Of a DNA stretch of 64,000 bases, positions 1 to 13,957 are shown piece after piece. The stretch lies in contig OZ024740.1 of NCBI GenBank assembly GCA_964016885.1, positions 323,206,001-323,270,000 on the forward strand. The letters are read 5' to 3'. Each line of letters opens with the position of its first letter. The first letter of the stretch is position 1. A program made the translations under genes and the position numbers. Origin of the DNA: Eledone cirrhosa. Taxonomy: Eukaryota. The notes under the pieces are model-generated. The model had not been told where the DNA came from and ran no database searches. It saw nothing but the letters and a program-made list of their open reading frames with translations.

Positions 1-676
1 GTGTGTGTGTGCGTGTGTGTGTGTGTGTGTGCGTGCGTAGTGTGGTGTGTGTGTAGGATACCTTCGTAAATAGCCAAAACGGTGCATAATGGAAAAATAG
101 TCCTGTAAGTGATATAACCCTGAAATGGGGATAAAACAAGTTTGACGTAAATCGACATAAACTATTTTCATCATTCGAGAAATATTTTTTATAATTATTA
201 AAAAAAGATTTTTCAGTGATTTCTCAGTGAATATGATTTCAATACTACAAGTCTGAACTTCAAGTATCTATATTTGAGCTTTCTTTAAACAGACGATATT
301 TTAATTATCAGAAAAGCATTAAGTGAATATGACTGAAAAATACCAGTAGGTTTTAAACAGTAGGTGTTTATATTTTTGCTTTTGTTAAAAAGAATATTTC
401 AATTATTTAGAAATATTTTAAAGTGAATTTGATTTCCAAATAGCTTTATTTACATAGACAATATCTTCATTTTTTAAAAATTATTTTCAAGTGAATACGA
501 TGGAAAAAATATTTCTTGGCATATTTAAAAAATATTCTTAAGTGAAAATGACTTAAAAAATACAAATTATTTGTACACTGAGTATATATATTTCAGCTTT
601 CTTTAAACAGAATATTTTAATTATTAATAACTATTTTTTTTTTTCTAAGGTGAATACGATTTTCGCTTCTCAAATA

Positions 677-3600
677 ATGCCTCGACGAGGAAGAAAGAAA
701 ACATCTGGTTGGTCTATCGATAGTGAAAAGAAAGCACGGCTAAGGAGAGCCGAAGAAGGTGAGCAAGATAGTGGTCAACGCCAACAAGATCGGGACAAGC
801 ATGCGAATCGAAGGATCGATGAGACTGATAAAACAAGGGCTGCGCGTCTAGCGGAACAGAGGGAAAAAGACATAATCAGGAGAGATCATAAATCAGATGG
901 TCGGAGAGCTGCGCGTCTGGCGGAACAGAGGGAAAGAGACAGAAGCAGGAGAGATCATGAATCAGATGGTCGGAGAGTTGAGCGTCTTGCGGAACAGAGG
1001 GAAAGAGACAGAAGCAGGAGAGATCATGAATCAGATGGTCGGAGAGCTGAGCGTCTGGCGGAACAGAAGGAAAGAGACAGAAGCTGGAGAGATCATGAAT
1101 CAGATGGTCGGAGAGCTGAGCGTCTGGTGGCACAGAAGGAAAGAGACAGAAGCAGGAGAGATCATGAATCAGATGGTCGGAGAGCTGAGCGTCTGGTGGC
1201 ACAGAAGGAAAGAGACAGAAGCAGGAGAGATCATGAATCAGATGGTCGGAGAGCTGAGCGTCAGGTGGCACAGAAGGAAAGAGACAGAAGCAGGAGAGAT
1301 CATGAATCAGATGGTCGGAGAGCTGAGCGTCAGGTGGCACAGAAGGAAAGAGACAGAAGCAGGAGAGATCATGAATCAGATGGTCGGAGAGCTGAGCGTC
1401 AGGTGGCACAGAAGGAAAGAGACAGAAGCAGGAGTATGCAATCCTTCGTTCTTCATCACAATGACATGCAATCCAAATTGGCCTGAAATCCGGGAAAACC
1501 TATTCCTGAATCAGAAGCCACATGACAGGCCAGATTTAATTGCCAGAGTATTTGACCTGAAGCAGAAACTGTTAAGAAAGTATCTTACTGGAGTAGATGG
1601 CCTATTTGCATATCTTACGTGCTGACTGTCGAATATCAAAAGCGAGGTCTTCCTCGTGTGCACTGTTTGCTATGGCTCAATGAAGCCTCCAAGCCCAGAC
1701 CGCAGGAATATGATAAATTTGTTCAAGCCGAAATACCAGATCCAAACAAAGATCCAGTGGGTCATGAATTGGTGCTGAAGCACATGATCCACGGTCCGAA
1801 TTGCTCCAACAATTCGCCGTGTTGGAAAGATGGAACGTGCAGTAAGCGGTACCCTAAGCCTTTCAATGAATATGCATTGTGTGAAGAGGGCTCTTATCCT
1901 GTGTACAGAAGACGGTCTCCAGGAATGGGAGGATTTGAGGGACACCAAGAAGGAAGGGGAAGCCGAAATATAACTTCGGAATGGGTGGTTCCCTACAATA
2001 TGAAACTATTAAAACTGTTCAACTGCCGCCTAAACGTAGAGATGTGCTCTTCCGTGAAATCGATCAAATACGTTATCAAATATACCATGAAGGGCAGTGA
2101 TCAGGCAATGTTTGACGTCTACAGAGAGAAAGATTTGCTTCAATTAGATGATCATTGGCAGCCGATTCTGGAAGATGCTGAGCGAACAAGGCTTCCCAAA
2201 GCCATGAGAGATTTATTCATCGTGCTCCTCACAAATACGGAAATTGACAATTCCAGTGCTTTATGGGTTCTATTTAAGCATTCGCTGTCTGAGGATTACC
2301 TTCAAATAGAAAAAAGGACTACCAGAAACTCAAGCCTTTTGATTAGCGAGAGACATTATGATCAATGTCTTCTGTATTTTGAAGACAAACTTAACGACCT
2401 GGGCAAAAGTCTAGTGACTTTAACTTGCCAAGGCCAAATAATATTGTTGCTCATCAGGATATTGGCAATTTGGAGTTATTGCATGAATTTCAATGCAGCA
2501 GAGAAGAGCAGCGACGATTTGTAGAAAAGACGGAGCCTCTATTGAATAGTGAGCAAAAACACGTGTACGACTTCGTTTGTAACAGTTTAGAGACGAACAC
2601 ATTTGCATTGATTTTCATTGACGCTCCAGGTGGAACAGGAAAGACATTCTTGATTAACTTAATTCTTTCAAAAGTCAGGGGAAACGGCGACGTGGCTATT
2701 GCTGTTGCGTCATCTGGCATTGAAGAAACACTGGTGCCTGGTGGAAGAACAGCGCATTCTAGGTTCAAAATACCGATAGTAGTGAAAGAAAATGGTCTGT
2801 GCAACATTAATAAAAACTCAAAGACGGCAAACCTCTTCCAGCATACAAGGCTGATTGTTTGGGATGAGTGTCCTATGATTCGGAGGGAAAGCTTCGAAGC
2901 TGTTGACCTCACTCTGCGTGACATATGCGACAACAATGAGGCATTCGGTGGAATTTTGACAATTTGTTGTGGCGATTTCCGTCAGCTTCTTCGGGCAGAG
3001 AAAAGGGGAAATGAAGCGGACGTGGAAAACGCCTGCATTAAAAATCCTACTTATGGCGAAGCTTCAAAAGATTTCAGTTGAAGACAAACATGCGATTGGG
3101 TGGGGGAGCAGGAGACTATTCACAGTTCCTATTGGATATTGGAGAAGAGAAGATAAAAAAACTGAAAATGAGGAAATTATTTTGCCAAAAGAAATGGTTC
3201 TCCAAGCAACAACTATGGAAGAATGTATTGATTTCATCTACCCCTCATTCTACAATCCAGCTGAAGTGTTTTCGAACAATTACATCTTAGTACCTCTCAA
3301 TGAAATGATGAGAAGCATCAATTCCACCTGTATCAGACGCTTCCCTGGAAAAATAAAAGAGTACCGATCCTATAATTCTGTGAGTGATGGTGCCAATGCC
3401 ACTCATTTCCCGACTGAATTCCTTGATTCGGTTGAACTATCAGGACTGCCACCACATAACCTGGAATTGAAAAAAAGATCGCCAATAATTCTTATGAGAA
3501 ACTTGAATGCTCCAAGTGGAACGCGCATGATCGTGGAAGAACTGCACGACAATCTCATAGTAGAAATGAGATCGTTATGATACCAAGAATAAGAATTAGT

Positions 3601-3861
3601 CTATCCGAAGGTGAGGATATCCCTTTGCAGCGAAGCCAATTCCCAGTTCAATCGTGCTTCGCTATGACTATTCATAAATCACAAGGACAAACTATGGAAA
3701 ACGTCTTGGTTTATCTGGAACGACCTGTATTCCAACACGGTCAACTGTATGTAGCCGTTAGCCGCGGAAAACGAAAAGAAAATGTCAGAGTGTTTCTGAA
3801 GGATACCCAGTCAACTAAGAATGTTGTCATCAAAAGTATTCTTCTTTTGAACAAACTGTAA
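677..3861 (+). pseudogene. Helitron Rep/PIF1-helicase (RepHel) pseudogene, frameshifted and internally deleted
   Basis: Rep motifs FFITMTCNPNWPEI, DRPDLIARVF, VEYQKRGLPRVH (HUH His changed to Arg) and KYVIKYTMKG. PIF1 motifs DAPGGTGKTF, ASSGI, WDECPM, GDFRQL, AMTIHKSQGQT and HGQLYVAVSR. Split over several frames; ATG at 677 follows a polypyrimidine/AG acceptor at ~649. Confidence 0.93.
821..1433 (+). repeat. 69-bp coding tandem repeat (about 9 x 23 aa), STPR-like
   Basis: Unit ESDGRRAERLVAQKERDRSRRDH. The first unit ETDKTRAARLAEQREKDIIRRDH resembles the FMBP-1 STPR repeat pattern ET-x3-RAARL. Confidence 0.85.
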
Positions 3862-4287
3862 CAGCGTAAATATGAGAAAATGTTGATTCCGATGTCAGAA
3901 AATGAAAGGAAAAGGAAAAACTAAGGCAAGTAAGAATAATTTCTTTCAAATTTTTGTAAATAAAACCAGCTTTTCATTAACATTGCAACTTTTTAAGCAG
4001 AAAATCTTTCAGAACAAACAATCAAGAATCCATAGAGATATAGAAAAAATAATTTTAAAGTGGAATGACTGGATAGCTATTAGTGAAAAATGATTTGATA
4101 TTTTCTTTGTGAAAATACTTGTGAATAATACAGTAAAAAGACAAGTTTCGCGTAAATCAGACCATGGGTTCCCGAGATACGCGAGGTTTTCTCGGGTATC
4201 TTCATAAATAGCCAAATCAGTGCATAATGGGAAAATTCTTTGAAAGTATGGTACCATTGAAATGTGAATACAAACGCAGATAGTGGT

Positions 4288-4373
<86 letters not shown>

Positions 4374-4722
4374 GGTGGTGTTGTTTAATGAAATTATGAC
4401 AGGTGACTTCAAAGAATCGAATACAGCATTACTGGATCTAGCTTGAATTTGGTGACTGAATATTAAGTTATATGTATCTTATAACTTGTATTAGGACATG
4501 ATGTATGTGTGTGTGTCTCTGTAACCAGTGTATATAGGCCACAGACACACATATATATATATATATATACACACGTACATATACACACACACATACACGT
4601 ATATATATATATTGGCTTTCCAATGTCATTTTACATTACATACATTTTGTGTATATTTTAATTATTTAAAAATTATTTTTAAGTGAACATGACCCAACGG
4701 GTCACGGGTGGTCTACTATATA

Positions 4723-4824
<102 letters not shown>

Positions 4825-5049
4825 TATATATATATACATATATATATATGTATATACACATATAAATATATTTGTAGAGAGAAACAACAATAGAGAAAGA
4901 GAGAGAGTGGGAGAGAGAGAAAGAGAAGATTATTAGAAAGAAGACAAAAAGTATGCTAAGAATAAAAAAAAAAAAGGATACTGTTAAATGATCCCAGTAA
5001 TATACTGATACCTTATCCACGAAAATATACACTATTCTGCATGCATGCA

Positions 5050-5268
5050 TGGTACCGTAACACCAGGTGGAGTCGTAGGGCGCCGTATTGACATAAGTCG
5101 TTTCTAGGGCATCTTTTTAAAATCTTGGTGGAGCCCATCCTTCTCAAGTCTGAATACAGCAGATTTCTTCAAGAGAAAGATAGACAATGCGAAAGAGATT
5201 CAGAGGAAAAATCGACCCCAGTACTAGACTGGTACTTTTTAATCGAACTCGAATGGATAAAAGGAAAA
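5050..5268 (-). mobile_element. 5'-truncated SINE, long-tailed subfamily (inverted partner of 6142-6456)
   Basis: GAATACAGCAGATTTCTT...ATCGACCCCAGTACTAGACTGGTACTTTTT matches the reverse complement of 6255-6358; similarity continues toward 5060/6450. Confidence 0.6.
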
Positions 5269-6141
5269 TACTCTATACTACCCGGACATAATTTCAGCAA
5301 TGACTTTCTAGCCTAGCATCGGTTTGATTTAGGCCTTGTGAATGAAATTGGGTCAATCATCAGATGTACCGTACCTGTAATTCAAAGGCCCAGCCTTGTT
5401 ACACCTCAGGCCACGCTGGATCTCGTTGAAAGTTATGTCAATGTTACACTTCTCTGTAGAATACCCAGCCACTTACACTTCTAAATCATGAGCAGACTGT
5501 CCCGTTGATCGAGCAACTAGAACATTCGTTGTCGAAACCATTTCCTTCATTTTTGTTCAGTTATTTCATACCTTCTGTTCATCTTTCAAAATTAATTGAC
5601 ACAAAAATTTAAAAAATAATAAAAATAGCTGTATCATATTAGAATAACCTCACTTTACTTACCACATTTGACCTCTACGCCCTGATCTTTGGTCTTTGTA
5701 AGATAATCAATCTGCAGTAAAAGAGGGGCATGTATATGTGATAAATAGTGGCCTGCATTTCATTGCTAGCCAAAGAGATTTTGTTTCATTTACACAGCTA
5801 ATACCTCTAGGAAAGTGTTACACTTCACAATATGCGAGTCCCCTTTCGCCATGAAAATTACTGATAAAAAAATATTCATGGTTAATCTAAGCAACTCAAT
5901 ATCCATTGGAAACAACGAATGTTCCATGAACAGAAATAATCTCTACAGAAATGTCAATCCGTCTTTTTTTTTCTGTCATATCTCTGACACTATTAGCATT
6001 TTAACACAGCTACCGATATTTTAGGACATTGATTAGCATCTTGACAAGGTTTGCTACACTAAATTTTTCTGAGGAGACAGAGAGAGGAACTTAGATTATG
6101 ACTCTAAAAGATTTTATAAAAATAAATATATATTTAGTATA

Positions 6142-6456
6142 CGGCGAATTGGCAGACTCGTTAAAACGTCGGATAGAATGCTTTGCAATATTCGTTCCAG
6201 CTCTCTGAGTTTAAATCGCGCCGAGGTCAACTTTGCCTTTCATCCTTTTAAGGTCGATAAAAAGTACCAGTTTAGTACTGGAGTCGATTCTTGCTCTATA
6301 TCTCTTTCTAACTTCCTTTCTCTCAATATCCTTCTGTGGAAGAAATCTGCTGTATTCAGACCTGGAGAGGAGATGGTCTCCGTCAGGTTTAAAAAATGTC
6401 CTAGGAAACGCCGTATGTTAATGACACCCGTGATAGCTACGACCCGTAGCTCATGC
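6142..6456 (+). mobile_element. tRNA-derived SINE with Meta-like core and extended tail
   Basis: Head GGCGAATTGGCAGA, B-box-like GAGTTTAAATCGC, core CTTTGCCTTTCATCCTTTTAAGGTCGATAAAAAGTACCAG. Confidence 0.8.
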
Positions 6457-6702
6457 ATATATATTTAGTACAATAATATAAACTCTTAATATCCTGTAAT
6501 GATTTAGAAAAGAAAATATCCCAAAACAAGTTTGTTAATTCAAATATTTTTAGTCATTTTTCTAATGGACTATTCGCTGTGAAACTTTACAGTGATAGTT
6601 TAAAAAATCTTTAATACTTGATGTGATGCAGTCATAGTATTGCTTCCTACTTTCCGAGAATGTCTTGCTAATGTGTTTTAATTTTTTTAATTTTCATTAC
6701 AG

Positions 6703-6754
6703 GTATTCTCCATCAGGCGTGCTTGGCAGTAATTTCCCTCGACCCAAGGCTATG
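6703..6754 (+). CDS. Candidate 52-bp internal host exon (e.g. YSPSGVLGSNFPRPKAM)
   Basis: Branch-like TGCTAAT (~6666), T-rich tract ending TTTCATTACAG|, open frame, donor ATG|GTGAGT. Product unknown. Confidence 0.45.
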
Positions 6755-6794
6755 GTGAGTAACACTTGTCAAAGATGCCATAGCTGTTAGAATA

Positions 6795-6952
6795 GGTGAC
6801 AAATTGTCAGACTCGTTAGGACGTTGGATAGAATACTTTGCAGCATATTTCGGCTTTCTGCACTCAGACTTCAAATCCCGCCTTCGTCAACTTTGACTTT
6901 CATCTTTTCGCGATAGATGGTACCAATTCAATACTGTACTAAGATCGATTTT
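6795..6952 (+). mobile_element. Old diverged SINE copy
   Basis: GACTTCAAATCCCGCC...CAACTTTGACTTTCATC similar to the family consensus. Confidence 0.65.
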
Positions 6953-7851
6953 CATTAAACCCCCTTCTATATATATTATATATATCAGCCGAAGAAGTGC
7001 ACGAAGAAATTAAGCTAAGTAGATTTCTTTATTCAACTTCAGTAATTTTATTCTATGTTATAGTTTTGGGAAATTTGGTTTAATTGTTTAAGAGAATCTT
7101 AATTTAATTCGCTGAAATAATGTTTTGTATTAAAATAGTATTTCAGGATATTTTGTAGTTAATTCTGTATTTAGATATATATTGTTTAATAATTTATCAA
7201 GGGTATGAGACTCGAGTTCTATTGCATTTATTTCTTTTCACACTTTTTTTCAGGATTTGACATTCCTGTTAAGTGTTTTATAGTAGGTTATGTTTAATGC
7301 CTAAAATGATTCATGATAGGTTTTTTCAGGGCTAACGGTGATTACAGAGACTTAGGTTTGTTAGGGTGCATAGTGATCTAGCGTTTTAAAATAAATTCAT
7401 CTATTAGTCACAGAAATGGGTCTGATTGATGTAGATTATTACACACAATGCGTTCGTAGGCGCTGAAGATAATAATACATATTGTTTATTGTTTATTCTT
7501 ATATACAAACTGTGTAGTATGGCAGCTGCAGCTTGAAAAAGTCTGTCTCCCAGATACAGGTATTTAGAGTGGGCTGGTCGTAGGGTTTACGGAGTATGAG
7601 CAAAGAAATATGGATGATGTCTGAGATAGAAATTAAGAATGTGTTGGATCTAGTATGGACATTTAGCTTCTAATTGGCTTCATTTTAATGAGTGTATTAG
7701 TTACAAGTTTAGCATTCGATGGACTTATCCCCGTGTGTTCTGTTTATCGTTGGTCTGTTTACGGAGCGTCTTATTGACGTATAGAGACATTCAGTGATTA
7801 CTTTTGCGTTTGGGTGTTTGATGGTCATATATGTTTATATATATAACAAAG

Positions 7852-7921
<70 letters not shown>

Positions 7922-7940
7922 CAAAGTTATATATATATAT

Positions 7941-8110
<170 letters not shown>

Positions 8111-8229
8111 TGTCTGTCTGTGCGGAAATAAGGAAATAGGAACTAATATATATATATATATACCATTGGGAGACATTCTGTTAAACCCCGATAGGGATGA
8201 ACACCATCAGGTTTAAAATGCCGGAAACA

Positions 8230-8580
8230 TGCCGTATGTAACGAGGGCTTTTACGACTCCATTAAGAGTTAAAGGTCCACGGCTGGCTGGATAACTGGAG
8301 TAGAATCTAATGTAACATATGAGATTGAAAACTTCCTTACGTGTTAGTTTAAATTGATTTGTCTATGGCGTATGTATTTGTTTGCCTCGGTAATATAAAT
8401 GTCCTGTCAGATTAAAAGATAAAACCGAGCCAGTAATTCTAATAATCTTATGTAATTTCCATTTTGTTGAGGGCGAAAAGTTCCCTCATTACTACGAAAT
8501 GAAAAGCCTCGTTCTGCTTTAATCATTACAAATTTAATTATTCGCTCTAGAAGCGTGTGTCAATATTTTTGTTCAGTCAT
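8230..8580 (-). pseudogene. hAT transposase fossil (ZMYM1-like/DUF4371 region)
   Basis: Manual translation EQKY*HTLLERIIKFVMIKAERGFSFRSNEGTFRPQQNGNYIRLLELLARF, then YVTLDSTP. Matches the hAT pattern LAERGLAFRG..NGNYLGLLELL..DSTPD. Not in the ORF track. Confidence 0.75.
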
Positions 8581-9546
8581 TATATATATATCAACATATT
8601 TATATGAGGAACTTTCTTCGTGTCAACCTAACAGATTTCTTCCATTTTGAAGTCATTAAACCCTTCCACTATAAATATTCATGAATATCCTGAAGTTATA
8701 ACCTTGTATTGAAAATTGAAAAGGTCTTCTTTGTTTTCTGAATAGCATACCCAAATCCCTTGCATGTTGCTTGTTAGTAAGGTTTATGAACATGTGTGGA
8801 ATAAACTTCTGAGAGGGCTTAGCTTTCTTTCCACAATCATACAATACTATGGATGAAAAGATGTTCTTATTAACATTTTGACATTCATCACATATTCCCT
8901 TGGCTATATCTGATATTCACAATCATCTTGATTGTTTGGTTATTCACCTTTATCATTAGGTTTCTTGTTTGTTCTCTCCGATAGTTCTTTACCATTTACT
9001 GAATGCTAGCTGTTGCTGTATACCCTCTTACTGTGCTATTAATTGTCCTTTCTATATGTCCAGCATCATCCATTATTGTATCATCTACATATTCATGATT
9101 ACCAAAATATTCAGTCAACTTACATATTTTTAATATCACATGCTGATATCTTTTATATTTTACTTCTGTTTTATATTTTACATTTCCAGAAATCCAATGA
9201 AGTCCAGTAACTTAGTCTGTCTTTACTGCTCAACGCTGTCTGAAATTGAAATGACATATCCATTTAAAAATAAACAGTCTATATAAATAAGTATGAGAAA
9301 TAGAGTGACACATCAGTGTCATAAGATAGAGATTGCATGACATGGTGAGTCATAAGAGAGTAGTTTGAATACATGGCGTCACACAAGCGATTAATTCTTC
9401 TTCTTCTTCTTCTTCTTCTTCTTCTTCTTCTTCTTCTTCTTCTTCTTCTTCTTCTTCTTCTTCTTCTTCTTCTTCTTCTTCTTCTTCTTCTTCTTCTTCT
9501 TCTTCTTCTTCTTCTTCTTCTTCTTCTTCTTCTTCTTCTTCTTCTC

Positions 9547-9660
9547 GTCAAATTTTCCGTGACCTCATCAGTGACTAATTTGACATTTGTAATACATGTG
9601 AAAACCAACAAGTGCGTGTGTTTTTTATTGGCAGCATGACCCTCCCAAAGTATAACAATA
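9547..9660 (-). mobile_element. Family-Z terminus with degenerate HHR-like core
   Basis: TTGTTATACTTTGGGAGGGTCATGCTGCCAATAAA shared with 34669-34740. Minus strand reads gtca-CTGATGA-ggtcacg-GAAA-att-tgac. Confidence 0.5.
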
Positions 9661-9927
9661 TCTTCAGATAAGAAGCCTTGCAAAACACACACACACACAC
9701 ACATATATAAATATATATATATTTACAATTTTATGCAAACAAATGCACAACATACGCATAATGCATTTCATGTTTAGCTATGTTGCGACAATAGGAAATT
9801 TGCCTTCCAATCACATAGTCGTGGGTTCTAACCCTACATTTGTCCCCGTAAACAGTTATTTCTCCAACGTTATTTCTACATTTAATTCTCAGTCATAAAT
9901 ATTGAAAATTTATGCCATTATATCTTT

Positions 9928-10112
9928 AAGGGCGGTGAATTGGCAGTATCGGTAGAGGGTCGGACGCCATGCTTTGACGCATAGAGTTACGGCCCTTGCC
10001 ATTCTGAGTTCAAATCCCGTCGAGGTTAACTTTGCCTTTCATCGATAAAATAAAGTACCAGTAATACACTGGGTTAATTTCTGGCCTTGTGCCTATTGTA
10101 GAAACAATTATA
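9928..10112 (+). mobile_element. Full-length tRNA-derived Meta-type SINE
   Basis: A-box TGGCAGTATCGG, B-box GAGTTCAAATCC, Meta-like core; flanked by TSD ATTATATCTTTAA. Confidence 0.9.
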
Positions 10113-10305
10113 TCTTTAACCTTTAATCTTTAATCATTAACCTCTTCCTCATGTCAGTAATCACTATAAACTATAGTGTTTCTCTTAGGCAAACTATTCA
10201 TTTATTGAAACGCTAATTTCTAAGCGTGCATGATTATTCCTATATCAGATAATCCTGGTACATGTGGCATACCATTCCATTGTTCACCGCTACTGTCGTT
10301 ATTAT

Positions 10306-10491
10306 TGGCAGTATCGGTAGAGGGTCGGACGCCATGCTTTGCTGCATAGGATTACGTCCCTTTGCGGTCTGAGTTCAAATCCTGCCGAGGTTAACTTTGT
10401 TTTTCATCCTTACGGAGTCGATAAAATAAAGTACCAGTCATGCACTGGAGTAATTGCTGGTCTTGTGCTAAAAGTAGAAACAGTTATTATT
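10306..10491 (+). mobile_element. SINE copy
   Basis: Same family, ends in an ATT tail. Confidence 0.85.
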
Positions 10492-10682
10492 GAGAATATA
10501 GTACTATCGTAAACTTTTAGATACACTTCTCCTTTACTTGAAACTTAATAATTATATCTTCAGACACGACATAGAACTCAATATTTGCTCCTTTCATTAT
10601 CTACATCATCAGTGAAATTATAATATGTATGTGAGCAATTTTATTCATATCGACTTAAGAGATTTTTTCACACACACATATA

Positions 10683-10760
<78 letters not shown>

Positions 10761-10762
<2 letters not shown>

Positions 10763-10946
10763 GGAAAATGTTTGACCCTGACGGCAGAGCTCAAGCCGTT
10801 TCGACGGCTATTTCTGGACTGAAATAGCCATCGAAATGGCTTGAGCTCTGCCGTCAGGGTCAAACATTTTCCTATAACCCACTCTACTACCCTAAGTATT
10901 GAGTACACTGGTGCGTTCGATCTGGTTCCTTACCACACCTCCTTCG

Positions 10947-10948
<2 letters not shown>
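10761..10948 (+). mobile_element. Family-X fold-back insert in (TA)n
   Basis: ~54-bp inverted arms around the TGGACT loop, then a conserved tail ACCCACTCTACTACCCTAAGTATTGAGTAC...CCTTCGTTA. Confidence 0.8.
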
Positions 10949-11036
<88 letters not shown>

Positions 11037-11038
<2 letters not shown>

Positions 11039-11140
11039 AAAAGGTAAACAGAAATAACAACACAATCGGTACAGTATATGGAAGGAATATATTAGGTTAA
11101 CGCTTGAAATAGCAGGAAGAGAGTCTTAACACTTCCAACG
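11037..11140 (-). mobile_element. Family-W microsatellite-embedded terminus
   Basis: GTAAAAGGTAAACAGAAATAACAACACAATCGGTACAG shared with 23037 and, reversed, with 34378-34479. Confidence 0.7.
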
Positions 11141-11160
11141 CTTTTCCACACACGCACAGC

Positions 11161-11220
<60 letters not shown>

Positions 11221-11285
11221 GCAAACAAATGCACAACGTACGCATAATGCATTTCATGTTTAGCTATGTTGCGACACACACACAG

Positions 11286-11338
<53 letters not shown>

Positions 11339-11559
11339 CACACATAGTACGTTTTAGTCATTAGGCTGTGGTGGCCATGCTGGGTATTGTTGGTATTGGA
11401 GATTAGAACACATAAGATCCGTTTTGAAGATGGTAAGGGGATTATTGAAGAAAATGTGACTGCTAAATGCTTGGCAGCTATATATATTGTTGAGTCAGTT
11501 ACTAAATTAAAGATGACCTGAGGCTACTTAGAATAACTTTACTAGGGGTGGTCGTTGTT

Positions 11560-12010
11560 TAATGGGATATAATGATTTTTCTATTATTAGGGGGTGTTAC
11601 AGGGAAGGGTGGGTCGTCGATTCTAGAATTCTCTGTCTTACAGCTTGGAATTGACACGTTGAACCTTGTATGAGTCAAATTTATGTTGAAATGATGCCAT
11701 CTTAAATAACAGAAGTGGAGATGGAAGATAGGATAATTGTGAAGATGAGATTGAATGATGAGATCAGTTAAATTGTAATTAGATATCTTGGTAAGAGAAA
11801 TCAAATCATTAATGGTGGTGAAACAGGAGATGGCAATAGTAGGAATATATTAGACCTTTTTGTGGTGTGGTCGAGTCGCTGATTTAGGGGTTTAGTGTGG
11901 TCATTGGTTCGAACCATGATCCCTTAATCTGAGAAACATCTCATCCCTTATGTAAAGTAAATTAGATTTGGGGAAAATGACAATAATTTGAAACTATATT
12001 TTGAAAACTT
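11560..12010 (-). pseudogene. Possible highly decayed PLE reverse transcriptase remnant
   Basis: Minus strand near 11900-11970 reads NYFT..DEMF..IKG across frameshifts, like the PLE NYF.F....Y.Q..G.AMG motif. Confidence 0.3.
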
Positions 12011-12102
12011 TGCTTCATAAACACAACTGATTGTAGATAATTATATTGAAGGCATTAAAGTGGCAGGGAATTTTCCTCGTAAGATATAAGGGACAAATAA
12101 CG

Positions 12103-12300
12103 GTTTCATATATAGGCACAGGGCCATCAATTTTGGAAGGGGAAAGTCGGTTAAATCGACACCAGTGCGTCACTGGTATTTTATTTTACAGACCCCGTAA
12201 GGATGAAAGGCAGGATTTGAACTCAGATAATAAAGGGCGGTAACTCTATGCTGCAAAGCATGGCGTCTAACCCTCTAGTGATACTGCCAATCCATCGCCC
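12103..12300 (-). mobile_element. SINE copy
   Basis: GGCACAGGGCC...CTGGTATTTTATTTT..GACCCCGTAAGGATGAAAGGC...GATACTGCCAATCC. Confidence 0.8.
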
Positions 12301-12505
12301 TATTCAGGAACAAATAACAAAATACCAAAAAGTATAACAAACATTTTTTTAAATGTTTAGTTTAGAATCTTTTTTGTTTCTTTTACTAATCCCTTCAAAT
12401 ACTCCCAGTAAATCATAAAATATAATAAAATATTCTGGAGGTCAAACTATACTCTCAGGTGTTGTAGAATATTCAAAAATAAAACATAACATTTGTCCTA
12501 CAATA

Positions 12506-12620
<115 letters not shown>

Positions 12621-12654
12621 CATATATGTATATATGTGTGTGTGTGTATGTCTA

Positions 12655-12815
12655 TGCCGGGTTCAATCGGGAGTAACCACAGTAAGTAAGGTACTCAATA
12701 CATAGTAGAGTATATACAATATTTAATATAGAAATGGTTTCTACAGGACTAGAACTGTTTCATTCGAAGGAAACAGTTCTAGACCTGAAAAAGCGATTTC
12801 TATATTAAATAATGT
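12655..12815. mobile_element. Family-Y fold-back insert
   Basis: Imperfect arms ATTTAATATAGAAAT..CTAGAACTGTTTC / GAAACAGTTCTAG..ATTTCTATATTAAAT. Related piece at ~15076-15165. Confidence 0.6.
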
Positions 12816-12827
12816 ATATATATACAT

Positions 12828-13820
<993 letters not shown>

Positions 13821-13830
13821 AGAGAGAGAG

Positions 13831-13957
<127 letters not shown>

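Larger units (their letters stand above)
1..4718 (+). mobile_element. Decayed, formerly autonomous Helitron (5' end probably upstream of window)
   Basis: Contains the RepHel remnants. A recurring AAGTGAA(Y)AYGA motif occurs in both non-coding flanks (e.g. 321, 489, 4681). GC hairpin TGACCC-AAC-GGGTCA (4690-4704) followed by CTACTA then (TA)n is the candidate 3' end, but it is not a canonical CTRR. Confidence 0.75.

Noticed and set aside
876-1625. Alternative-frame and antisense ORFs over the 69-bp repeat
   Set aside because: Shadows of the repeat; only the end of 897-1625 carries real Rep sequence.
9928-10025. tRNA gene
   Set aside because: A/B boxes continue into the SINE core with a TSD; it is a SINE head. 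The same applies to the other copies.
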